A DNA stretch of 64,000 nucleotides from Acidobacteriota bacterium. Lineage in GTDB: Bacteria > Acidobacteriota > Blastocatellia > Pyrinomonadales > Pyrinomonadaceae. Of this stretch, positions 8,801 to 16,700 are shown piece by piece. Under the pieces are notes generated by a model. That model did not search any database, was not told the DNA's origin, and worked only from the letters and a program-made list of their open reading frames with translations. Numbering within the stretch: the stretch's first letter is position 1; the number at the start of each line of letters is the position of its first letter. A program made the position numbers and the translations under genes. The stretch covers positions 191 to 64,190 of the forward strand of contig JAFAOW010000173.1 of NCBI GenBank assembly GCA_019247455.1, given 5' to 3'.

Positions 8801-9233
8801 GCACCTCGCCCTCAGGCGAATAACGGATCACTTGCAGTGTCTGACCGCTCATGTCGACATTCGGCCTGGCACGCATCTCGTCCGACGGGAACTTCACTGG
8901 CAGCATCTGCCCCGTCTTGGGCGCGGGCAGCGTGCCGACACGCTTTGCAAAATCGACCTGGTCCGAATCGTCGGGCTTTATTTCCGGGATGCGTTTGAGA
9001 AGGCTGTTGGTGTCGTTCTGGGAGAGCGGGTCGGTCGAAGCAAGGGGTTCGACGATGCGTTTTTCTGCGCCGGCGACCCCCTCGCTAAGCCGGAACTTGA
9101 GTCCGTCGGGCGCGTCCTTGAGCTTTTGATCCATCGTTTTACCGAGTATCTGAGCGTTTCCAGTAGATGCGAGGGGAGCGATCATTCCGAGATATATCGC
9201 CGTTAACAGCAGCCAGGCGGTAAGTTTTTTCAT
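2829..9233 (-). CDS. giant alpha-2-macroglobulin family protein carrying a thioester motif
   Basis: A single uninterrupted 6.4-kb ORF. The ATG at 9233 is preceded by AGGA, and a TTG at 9251 is an alternative start. Signal peptide MKKLTAWLLLTAIYLGMIAPLASTGNAQ has no lipobox Cys. YPYACSEQ matches the bacterial A2M thioester block YPYGCxEQ and is encoded at 4431-4442 on the minus strand. Size and the beta-rich repeated domains fit MG-domain architecture. Confidence 0.85.
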   Translation of the reverse strand: MKKLTAWLLLTAIYLGMIAPLASTGNAQILGKTMDQKLKDAPDGLKFRLSEGVAGAEKRIVEPLASTDPLSQNDTNSLLKRIPEIKPDDSDQVDFAKRVGTLPAPKTGQMLPVKFPSDEMRARPNVDMSGQTLQVIRYSPEGEVPLAPDLNVTFSQPMVAVSSQEQAAQYAPVELSPQVEGRWRWLGTKTLMFDTTKRFPMATKFTARVPAGTKSATGQTLAKDVVWTFTTPAPKVLQMVPANQIVRRDAMMFVSFDQAINPEAVIKTMTVTGQGKRLPIRLATDAEIAGDAAISMYSKQAQPGRWLAFRAVNSDGTSDNALPPASTITVSVDKGTPSAEGPLTTPAAQSYTFNTYSPFAFGRAYCGWQENKNCSPFETWMLEFNNSIEASKFTKEMVHIEPAVEGLSIYPSGNYVYIQGYKKGRTTYKITVDGTLSDIFGQSLGKPAVATIKVGSADQSLYAQGGSMTVLDPTAKQTFSIYSTNHNAVRVKLYAVDPKDWAQFQDYVRHINYDDGKRPVVPGRLVSEDVVSIANKPDEMVETRIDLSKALNGGFGNVIVDIEPTVRKDKYDRTRIFTWVQSTQIGLDAFVDNEELVGFATELKTGKPMAGVDLSIWPNGKPVTGGHTAENEAPGYFERAWNWLTSWGHGPNADGIESVDTDGSTGSVESVPEAQNNQTGDNGILRLPVPDSPSQKGQNILIAKRGRDVAFLPENTDYYWQDTGSWYKKASGQSLRWFVFDDRKMYKPNEEINVKGWLRRVDMSKLGDVEPMDSSDKLQYKVTDPRGNEIANGETKLNTFGGFDIKAKLPDNVNLGYANISFTLMSTPGSVYGYYNHQFQIQEFRRPEFEVSTKVETEAPHIVGGSAMVGVEAKYYAGGGLANAETNWTVTATPTNYTPPNREDYTFGTWVPWWRMYDFEGGYRGGGTTQTYKGTTDAAGKHLLKIDFDSVKPPRPYTISASAAVQDVNRQTWSSSTSLLVHPSSLYVGVKTPRTFVQKGEKIDIESIVTDIDGNIQKGRDVEIKAILKDWVFDKGSWSEQTIDDQTCSVKSADKGQICSFVAKQGGVYTITARVMDDKERFNESEMTVWVPGGKQPPKRTIEQENVQIIPNKKDYAPGDVAEILVIAPFTPAEGVLTLRRDGLVKTERFTMKDSSITLKIPLDEKYLPNITAQVDLVGSEQRTNDKGEVDPKLASRPAFASGNINLPISTASRKLTVSAEPADATLAPGAETKVAVQVKDSRGEPVANSEVAVVVVDESVLALSRYIIGDPMDTFYQARGAGVTDYHLRKDVLLSSPEDVKKNPPPPPSPVMADSVSVMSEGRAVGGALNRAAASPMAKQAGEREELKLDGSDLDTGKTQAETPINLRQNFNALALWSPTVKTDGNGRAVLNVKMPDNLTRYRITAVAVDSGKRFGKTESNITAKQPLMVRPSAPRFMNFGDKIDLPVVVQNQTDKDMTVDVGIRATNATLEASSGGAGGTPAFQSGKRVVVKANDRAEVRFPVSANKAGTARFQFAVTSGSYSDAAEISLPVWTPATTEAFATYGTTDQNGAIVQPVQTPGDVFPQFGGLEVTTSSTQLQELTDAFLYLTNYPYACSEQISSRMISIAAMRDVLSAFKSKDMPTADELNKYFARDIEILQSRQRSDGSFGLWKRDRERYEYPFLTVHVAHALALAKAKGYKVPQEMIDKTKPYLKDVESHYDEWYKNSPEVRWTISAYALYVRDLMGDKDTAKAKKLLAEARTVTPTGSPSDGLYQTRMPYEALGWILSVLANDPGSQGEVQNILHYLNNHTTETAATANFVTNYGDGAWLIMYSNRRADGVLLEAMIKADPKNDLIPKLVRGLLDHRTKGAWSNTQENVFILLALDKYFNAFEKVTPDFVARVWLGNTYTGEQAFKGRSADSNLLNIPMSYLVGAQAASLPGSDTQAGSLRSDAVSNLIIDKQGPGRLYYRIGMKYAPKNLKLDPADYGFTVLRKYEAVDDAGDVKQNPDGSWTIKAGARVRVRLTMVAQARRYHVALVDELPAGLEILNPELATTESIPADANPSTSVLTYSSRSFGGEWWWRMNWFEHQNFRDERAEAFTSLLWEGVYNYSYVTRATTPGQFVVPPAKAEEMYHPETFGRTGTDFVRVE

Positions 9234-9327
9234 GATTTTTGATCCTGCCAAAAAAGAGTCATGGCCTTTTGCGGCCTAGTGTTTCCATTTGTTGAACGGA
9301 TGCGGCAAGGCGTTCTTGCGCGTAACC

Positions 9328-10707
9328 TCAGCAGCCCTTAAGTATCGCAAGTGCCGTCTCGCCGCCGCCTTGGGTGATGTTCACAAGGGATCCTGGGGCG
9401 AGGCGGACCATCCCTCCCTCGACCTCGCCGCGGAACAGAAATGGATCGAAATCTACATTAAGGGTTTCCATTCGGGCGGTCCCCTCGGCGAAGGCCGGCA
9501 TCTCGACCTTCTCGTTGCCCACACGTTCCTGAACGACATATGGTTCCGTCAGCGCCGCCTGAATGGCGTCGTCCCACGCTCGTTCGGATGACTCCCAACC
9601 GAGTATTATTCCGTGGCCGCCGTAATCATCATTGGGTTTCAGGATCAGCCCGTCGCGCCTCGAGCGGACTAACGGCACGAGATCTACCCTGCGGTCACGG
9701 AATGTCGTCGAACGCTCCGCAACACGGCGCGTCCAGGGAATGTGATCTTGAATAACGGCGCGCTGGGCTGTGGTAAACAAGCCGGAGTATTTCTCGTCCG
9801 TCAGCACGGCAAAGCTCGCCTTTTTGTGGGGTATTTTTGTCCTGAACGAGTTAACCATGCAAACGTTGCCGTCAGCGCAGGCCCGAAGCAAGGCGTGTGA
9901 TTCATCAAAGGCCTGCAAATATTCATGAATGATCACGCGTTTATAGAAGATATCCACGCGAAAGCCGCCGGCCGATAACACCCCGCCTGAATACTCAAGC
10001 TCATTCGGATCGCAGATCCGAACGTCATGACCCTGGGAGCGAAAATGTTCACCGAGTATTTCAAACTCGGGAGAGGTATCAACGCCCGTCCAATCCACAA
10101 TGGCAATATTCGGTTTGGCCCTTTGTCCGCCTCTCGCCCGATAGGCCGAATCCAGGGAGTCTAGAAGCCGTCGATGCGGCTGCGGATAGAAATGATCGTG
10201 GGAAGCAAGAAAACCTTTGACCAGAGGTACTTCCGAAAAGAGGTTTTCTAGAGACGGTTGATCGCCTATGCCGGCTGGATTTTCCGCGTTGTATTCAAGG
10301 AAAGCGAATCCGTCACGCGACATAAAGGTATCGAGTCGGCTGGTTATAGAAATGTCTTGATAACCCGGGTCGATACGGGCGGCGCGCAGTTCCGCTTCTA
10401 AAAGGCCCAATTCATCGGCTATCGCATTATCTCGTAACGCGGCCGCGGTCACTTCTCCAAAAGCTCCATAAAGGGTCCACGCAGCATCCTTTATCTCCCT
10501 GTAACGGGTTTCCGGGAGAAAATACGGTCGCAGAAAGCGGCATATCGGACGCTTCCCATGAAGTATTCCTGTTTGCCGCTGCTTCTCCGTCAGCCGATCA
10601 AAAAGGGACGTATCGTGCTCGTGCTCGTGCACGAGCTTTCGATCAAGATCGTCTACGGCCGATTGCATCCTTCCGAGCATTTGGATATGTGTCTGAGGCT
10701 GATACAA
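9328..10707 (-). CDS. ATP-grasp superfamily amidoligase (glutathionylspermidine-synthase-like / circularly permuted ATP-grasp-like)
   Basis: 459-aa ORF with blocks FAFLEYNAENPAG, DIFYKRV, NSFRTKIPHKKASFAVL, LILKPNDDYGGHGIILG and YVVQERV. These are typical of ATP-grasp nucleotide-binding and ligase cores of the GspS/CP-ATP-grasp type. The exact family was not verified. Confidence 0.6.
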   Translation of the reverse strand: MYQPQTHIQMLGRMQSAVDDLDRKLVHEHEHDTSLFDRLTEKQRQTGILHGKRPICRFLRPYFLPETRYREIKDAAWTLYGAFGEVTAAALRDNAIADELGLLEAELRAARIDPGYQDISITSRLDTFMSRDGFAFLEYNAENPAGIGDQPSLENLFSEVPLVKGFLASHDHFYPQPHRRLLDSLDSAYRARGGQRAKPNIAIVDWTGVDTSPEFEILGEHFRSQGHDVRICDPNELEYSGGVLSAGGFRVDIFYKRVIIHEYLQAFDESHALLRACADGNVCMVNSFRTKIPHKKASFAVLTDEKYSGLFTTAQRAVIQDHIPWTRRVAERSTTFRDRRVDLVPLVRSRRDGLILKPNDDYGGHGIILGWESSERAWDDAIQAALTEPYVVQERVGNEKVEMPAFAEGTARMETLNVDFDPFLFRGEVEGGMVRLAPGSLVNITQGGGETALAILKGC

Positions 10708-10890
10708 CTGTAAACCAGAGGCCGATAAATCCCTATTTTCGAGCCCGATCGACCGGCCCCGTAATTGCCGTCATCAAAACTATTTTCCTGATATACTGAT
10801 TCCCGGAATTTGCAACTTTGCGCGCCGGGCCGTCGTACGGGATTTGGCGGTATTTGCGTGGGGCACATTTATTGAGGAGCTGATAGAAAA

Positions 10891-11649
10891 ATGGGATTGT
10901 GGCAGAGAATAACAAGAGTCTTTAGGGCAAGCACGGGAGCCGCCCTCGACAGGATCGAGAACCCCGAGCTCGTTCTCCAGCAGACCATTCGGGACATGCG
11001 GGACCGCGTGCCCGAACTGAACAATGCCGTCGCCCAGGTAATGGCGACAGAACGCCTGCTTCTCAAGCAAAAAGAGAATCTCGCCGAGCAGAAGGTAGAT
11101 CTGGATTCCAAGATCAAGGCCGCTGTTAAGATGGGGCGCGATGATATCGCTACCGCCTATATCGGGCAGCTCCAGCAGGTGAGTGCCGACCTCGACCGCA
11201 CTGAGATACAGTCCGAGCACGCCGGCGTAGCTTCTAAACAGGCCCTAAAGGCCCGCGACAATTACGTGCTCAACATGAAAAAGCGCACGGCAGAGGCCAT
11301 GCAGCTTATTTCAGCGGCTAAGCAGGCGAAGCTTCAGGAACAGCTCGCTCAGACAATGGAGGCCTTCAACATCGGCGACGACGCGTCCACTTTCAACGAG
11401 ATGCGCGAGAAGATCGACCGCCGGGTTGCGGCCGCCGAGGCCAAGCTTCAGCTCGGAGCCGCCTCCGTCGACAATCAAATGGCCGACATCGAACGCGAGG
11501 CGATGGACATCCAGCTTCAGGACAAGCTGCTCGAATACAAGCAGCAAATGGGCATGCTCGGTACCGGAGCACCGACCAAGCAGATCGAATCGGGCGGCTC
11601 GGCAGCCGACGTTGAGGTTGTGAATACCGCGACGGAGTCAAAATCTTAG
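10891..11649 (+). CDS. pspA: PspA/IM30 (phage shock protein A / Vipp1) family protein
   Basis: The N-terminus MGLWQRITRVFRASTGAALDRIENPELVLQQTIRDMRDRVPEL aligns by eye with E. coli PspA [40 protein letters not shown]. The rest is long heptad-rich helices. RBS GAGGAG lies upstream of the ATG. Confidence 0.9.
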   Translation: MGLWQRITRVFRASTGAALDRIENPELVLQQTIRDMRDRVPELNNAVAQVMATERLLLKQKENLAEQKVDLDSKIKAAVKMGRDDIATAYIGQLQQVSADLDRTEIQSEHAGVASKQALKARDNYVLNMKKRTAEAMQLISAAKQAKLQEQLAQTMEAFNIGDDASTFNEMREKIDRRVAAAEAKLQLGAASVDNQMADIEREAMDIQLQDKLLEYKQQMGMLGTGAPTKQIESGGSAADVEVVNTATESKS

Positions 11650-11702
11650 GCCGTCGAGAAGGTTCGAACGTGTTTTCCGCGATGCGCATCTAGTTAGTTG
11701 AT

Positions 11703-12551
11703 ATGGCCGATCTCGCCAAATACCGCACCGAGCTCGATAGGTTCAATGCGAGTTATGCAAAAGAAGCCGTCAAAGAACCATTCAATTTTTGGGCTTTGGC
11801 GGGCTTTCTTGCGGGTGCGGCATTTACCGGAAGCGTAATTCCCTTGCTTATTGCCCTGATCGCGGAGGCGATCTACCTCGTCGTTGTGCCTAATTTACCA
11901 AGCTACCGCGCACTTGTCGCCCGCCGTTACAAACAGAAGCAGCTTGCCGCCTACAACGCGAATCGCGAGGGCCTCATCAAGAGCTTCACCCCTCGCGAAC
12001 GCGAGGCCGTCGAGTACCTTCGCTGGCTAAAGGACAAGATACAGGACAACTATAAGAAATTCACCGGGGCGGGCGAGCTTCCGTCGAATCTAAAGGCGCT
12101 CGATCAGCGTTGGGAAGATTTCGTAGAGCTCCTGGACGTTTACCGCCGCCGTAAGCAGCACCTTAAGTCGATCAATCGGACCGCCGTTCACAATCAGCTT
12201 TCCCAGGCCTTCCGCGCGATGGAGGCGGCGACCGACGAAAAGACAAAACGCATCCAGCAGACGAATGTAGAGATCCTCAAGCGCCGCGTTTCTTCATTCG
12301 ATGAGATCGAGCGGAGCGTGAAGCTCGTCGAGGGACAGCTGCAGTCAATTGAGAATTTCTTTAGCTATCTCAACGATGAGATCGTCACTATCTCAACGCC
12401 CGAGAAATTCTCCCTTCTCGACTTCGAGCAGCTTTCCGATTCCATTGCAATGACCAAGCAGATGCTCGACGCGACCGCCGACGACGTCGGTGCTCTCGAC
12501 ACCTATAACCGTCAAATGGGCAACTACGAGCTTCTTCCCGGAACAAAGTAA
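11703..12551 (+). CDS. membrane-hairpin plus coiled-coil protein of unknown function (possibly TelA/XpaC-like)
   Basis: The ATG lies 53 nt after the pspA stop. A hydrophobic hairpin FWALAGFLAGAAFTGSVIPLLIALIAEAIYLVVV is followed by about 210 aa of predicted helix rich in K/E/Q/R. The family assignment is only a guess. Confidence 0.6.
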   Translation: MADLAKYRTELDRFNASYAKEAVKEPFNFWALAGFLAGAAFTGSVIPLLIALIAEAIYLVVVPNLPSYRALVARRYKQKQLAAYNANREGLIKSFTPREREAVEYLRWLKDKIQDNYKKFTGAGELPSNLKALDQRWEDFVELLDVYRRRKQHLKSINRTAVHNQLSQAFRAMEAATDEKTKRIQQTNVEILKRRVSSFDEIERSVKLVEGQLQSIENFFSYLNDEIVTISTPEKFSLLDFEQLSDSIAMTKQMLDATADDVGALDTYNRQMGNYELLPGTK

Positions 12552-12574
12552 CAAGTACTCGTTCACGATCCCTT

Positions 12575-12606
12575 GGCCGCAGAGTCCTATCTTTGCGGCC
12601 TTTATT
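12575..12606 (+). terminator. rho-independent terminator candidate
   Basis: GGCCGCA-(12 nt)-TGCGGCC followed by TTTATT, located 24 nt after the stop of the 11703-12551 gene. Confidence 0.5.
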
Positions 12607-12651
12607 CGTTTGGGATAAAATTGTGGTTTTTGCGAGGTAAGAGAATTAGAT

Positions 12652-13626
12652 ATGAAGAAAGTAGGTATCCTGGTCGGCCGCGAGGTCACATTTCCGGAGT
12701 CGATCATTAAGAGCATCAACGATAAGGGCGCGGGTAAAGTTTCCGCCGAAATGGTCACGGTCGGGGGCATCCGCCTCGACGAGCCGAAGAGATACGATGT
12801 CGTTATCGACCGGATTTCGCACGAGGTGCCCTACTATCGAGCGACGCTTAAGAGGCTGGCGCTCGAGGGGACCTATATAATTAACAACCCATTCTGGTGG
12901 TCGGCTGACGATAAGTTCTTCAACTTCGCGCTCGCGTCAAAGATCGGCGTCGCTATCCCAAAGACGGTCCTTCTCCCTCAGCACAGCTATATCAAGGACA
13001 TCACGAGTGCAAGCTTGCGAAATCTCGAATTCCCGATCGATTGGGAAGCGATCGTCAATTATGTCGGCTTCCCTGCTTTCCTGAAGCCTCACGACGGCGG
13101 CGGATGGAAGAATGTCTCAAAGATCCACTCGCTCGAAGAGCTGTTCGTCGAGTACAACGATTCGGGTACCCTTTGCATGACGCTTCAAGAGGGTATCGAA
13201 TACGACCAGTTCGTGCGGTGCTATTGCGTTGGGAAAGAAAAAGTTTTGATCATGCCATACGATCCGTCAAAGCCGTACCTTTCGGGAATGCAGTATGTTG
13301 ATGTCGACGAATACCTCACGCCCCAGCTGCACGCCCGCGTGGAGAAGGACGTAAAGACCATCTGCACAGCCCTCGGCTACGACCTGAATACCGTTGAGTT
13401 CGCGATCAAAGACGGCATGCCATATGCGATAGACTTTATGAATCCGGCTCCCGATGCCGAACTCGCTTCAGTCGGCGAAAAGAACCACCGGTGGATCGTC
13501 GATAACATGACCGAATTCATACTGAAAAAGCTCGAGACAGGTTGGGAAGCTCCCGAATACCGCTGGTCTGCAATGCTAAATCCGCCGGAGAAGGCCGCAT
13601 CCGCTGAAAACATTCTGCACGTATAA
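12652..13626 (+). CDS. classical ATP-grasp domain protein (RimK / glutathione-synthetase-like fold)
   Basis: Blocks DRISHEVPYYRATLK, INNPFWWSADDKFF, IPKTVLLP, FPAFLKPHDGGGWKNVSKIHSLEEL and VEFAIKDGMPYAIDFMNPAPD match the pre-ATP-grasp and ATP-grasp layout (K-loop, large loop, catalytic E/N region). Confidence 0.7.
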   Translation: MKKVGILVGREVTFPESIIKSINDKGAGKVSAEMVTVGGIRLDEPKRYDVVIDRISHEVPYYRATLKRLALEGTYIINNPFWWSADDKFFNFALASKIGVAIPKTVLLPQHSYIKDITSASLRNLEFPIDWEAIVNYVGFPAFLKPHDGGGWKNVSKIHSLEELFVEYNDSGTLCMTLQEGIEYDQFVRCYCVGKEKVLIMPYDPSKPYLSGMQYVDVDEYLTPQLHARVEKDVKTICTALGYDLNTVEFAIKDGMPYAIDFMNPAPDAELASVGEKNHRWIVDNMTEFILKKLETGWEAPEYRWSAMLNPPEKAASAENILHV

Positions 13627-13776
13627 GCGCGACTGTTTTTGGACGGTTCGGCCGCTTTGTTAGGCCCTCTGCGTTGTGCCCTACTCCGCGGGCTCTCCCG
13701 CAGGCACCTATGAACACAGATCTTGATACGGGTGGGGGAGGGACTTACTCGCCCCTCCTCTCATTGGATTTCGCCT

Positions 13777-16700
13777 CTACTTCCCGTTGTTAGTAAACGA
13801 AACGCAGTCTCCTTGATTCTTAAAGATTGAACCGTCACGGCGCGTCCAGAATTGCCAGCCGCCGTTCTTGCACTGGTCCTTGTTTGTCGGCGGGCCAATG
13901 ACAGTGTCGCAGCCCGACCCATCCACGATTCCATCATGGTCATAATCCCGCGCGCCCGGATTCTGATCGATATCGCAGCTGTTCGGTATACCATCACCGT
14001 CAATGTCGGGATCCACGCAATCTGGAATATTGTCGTGGTCCTGATCGGGTGACTTACTCGCTGCACTCAGCGGATTCGAGCCGCAGGCCAATTCATTCAC
14101 ATCGGACTGCCCGTCGTTGTCGTCGTCGAGGTCTGCGTTATTACCGATCCCGTCATGGTCCGTGTCTACCCATTCCGTTGGGTCGAGGGGGAAGGCGTCG
14201 TTGACATCCGGGACACCGTCATTGTCGTCGTCCGAGTCACATGCGTTGCCGGCTCCGTCGTGATCTGTATCGAGCTGATCTGGGTTGCTTACACCTGGAC
14301 AATTATCCGGTGGTTCTGTAACGCCGTCATTGTCCAGATCCGGCGGAGCTATCTGCGCCGCTACCGTAAACGGCGAAAGTGACGTAGTAATGCCACAGAC
14401 CTGCGTCGCGGTCACGTTCGTGGTAACGTCCTGCCACCCCGCTCCCGCAAAGTGCAGCAGCCTGAGATTTGCACCCGGTGAAAAGTGCAGGGCGGAGATG
14501 TCAAAACAGACTTGGACCGGTCCCGAAAATGCGGCCGTCGTTTCGATGTTGAAGAAAAGCGGCGGGTCGCCCAGCTGAAACGCGGTTGGGATCGCCGGCC
14601 CTCCGGCCGAACTTGTGACCGATGTAACTCCCGGCGAGGTAACATTATCGAACGTCATGGTTACAGGCGTCGTGCCCGTGGTTGAATCGATCGGGGCTAT
14701 GGGCACCGAGGTCCCCGCGGGTGTGGTGGTCGCAGCGATCGGTGTGCTCAAAAATATGCCGTCATCCAAGGTCCCGCCTGAAACACGGGCCCACACCGCA
14801 AAGCGTCCTCGACTGTTCCATGTCAAAGTCGTCGTCGAGACCACTGGTTTTCCGCCGCCAAACTGCGGCGCGACCAAGCCTCTAACTAATATTTCCTCGA
14901 CCGAATCATCCTGCTTCACGCGCCAAACTCCCAGCGCCCGAACACTCGGCGTAATGAAGAAATTCGCAAAAGCGAGTTCACCGTCCTGGCTTAACTGGAA
15001 GTTTTCACTTAGAAAGCTGTTTAGGGAGGTTTGGATCGTGTCGAAACTCCCACCAGCGGTACCGGGCGCAGCCTGACCTTGCATGGCGACCGGATGAACG
15101 GCGCCGCCGGGACCGCGACGGATAAAATAGGCTGAATTCGTAGTTGCGCTATTAGCTATGTCAGATCTAAATGCCACGTCGCTCTGATTGTTTATCAGGA
15201 CCTCGACGCGAGGAGCCGTAATTACAAAATTTCCGCCTACCGGCGACGCGTCTCCATTTTGAGCGAGCATCGTTAGCGATCCCGGGCCCGTACCCGTAAA
15301 TACGCCGCCGTTACCGCCACTCAAAGCTGCAATAAATGCCACTTCCCCGTTGTCGTTGAAAGTTGCGGTCGTAAAGCTAGAGAACGTCTTTCCGCCGGTT
15401 CCGGGGGCTGTGTCGCTAGTATTGGCGATCTTCGTAAAGCCCCCTCCGACCGTACCAATATAAATACCGCTGCCGGCCGGCGCACTCGTAGTGAGCGTAG
15501 CGAGAACCTTGCCGCTGTTATTCAGAGACATTTGGCCACTGAAACCCGAGATCGTGCCGGAACCACTTATAGTGTCCCCTGTTTTCGCTACCCGCCGCAT
15601 ACCATTCGCCTCGCTCCAAATATAGATCCCCCGCGAGCCTCCAGTCGGCGTCGTGTTTGAGCTGGCCAACACCAGTACCTGGCCGGCGTCATTGATCTGC
15701 ATCGGCGAGACGGTCGTGCTAAGTGCTGGCCCGTTAAACACCTGCCCGGCAACATTTGGATCGCTGTCCCCAGTTACCACGACCTTGGAGACCGGGCTCC
15801 CGATCTTTTTGATAAATACTCCGGTGGTACCTGAGATCGTGCCGCCCAAGAGCTGTGCGGAGAAGACAACCGTTCCTGACGAATTCACGAAGACATCACT
15901 ACCAGATGGGCGCATTATCGCACCGCCCGTACCGGGTGCATTATCGGCGTCCGTCGCAACGATCGATGTCGAATGGTCGGTCATATTGTGTATTGCAAGA
16001 CTGTTCCTGCCGCCTGACCGCCTGGCAAGGAGCCCGATATAATCGCCGGCCCCCGTCAGCTTGAACGCACGCAGCTGATTTCGCGCCGCGGCTGGCAATT
16101 GATCGCCGGTGCTCATGAGCGGATTCATCGAACCGCCGTCATTGAGGTATTCCGCGTAATCGGCCGATCCTCCTACGACGTCGGCCCACATATAGACCTT
16201 GCCATTGTTGAGCGTTCCGTTGAGTGTGGTCCCCGAAACCTTTAAGGTTCCGCCGCCGCTAAGTCCGGACGACTGCCCGTCAGCCGCGATCATTACGGGA
16301 GTTCCCGAACCTGATTGTTGGAAGAATGCGTTTGCGGGCCCGGCATTATTCAAGGCGGCCTTAAACGTGACAGTGCCACTCGAATTCATCGAGAAGGTCG
16401 AGAACGCATTAAAAGTTTGACCCGGAAGGCCCGGCGCGGACTGCAGACGTGCCGCTACCGTCTGAGTGCTTGATCCTCCTACTCGAAAGACCCCGGAAGG
16501 AGATGACCCGCTGGCTACATTCGAAGTGATGAGGATATCTCCAGCATCATCGAAGGCTTGCAAAACAATGGCCCCGGAATATGTTCCCGAAAGCGGCGTG
16601 CTATCGCCCGTCGCCACCCTGCGGATTAAAACTCCGGCCGGGTTACAGGCCCATACGCCGCTACCCGTACTAAATACGACGTCACCATTGTTGTTAAGAA

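Noticed and set aside
10844-10858. A sigma-54-like element TTGGCGGTATTTGCG upstream of pspA (E. coli pspA is sigma-54 dependent).
   Set aside because: Only 8 nt separate the GG and GC dinucleotides, instead of the 10 nt required for the -24/-12 geometry, and there is no pspF-like activator nearby.
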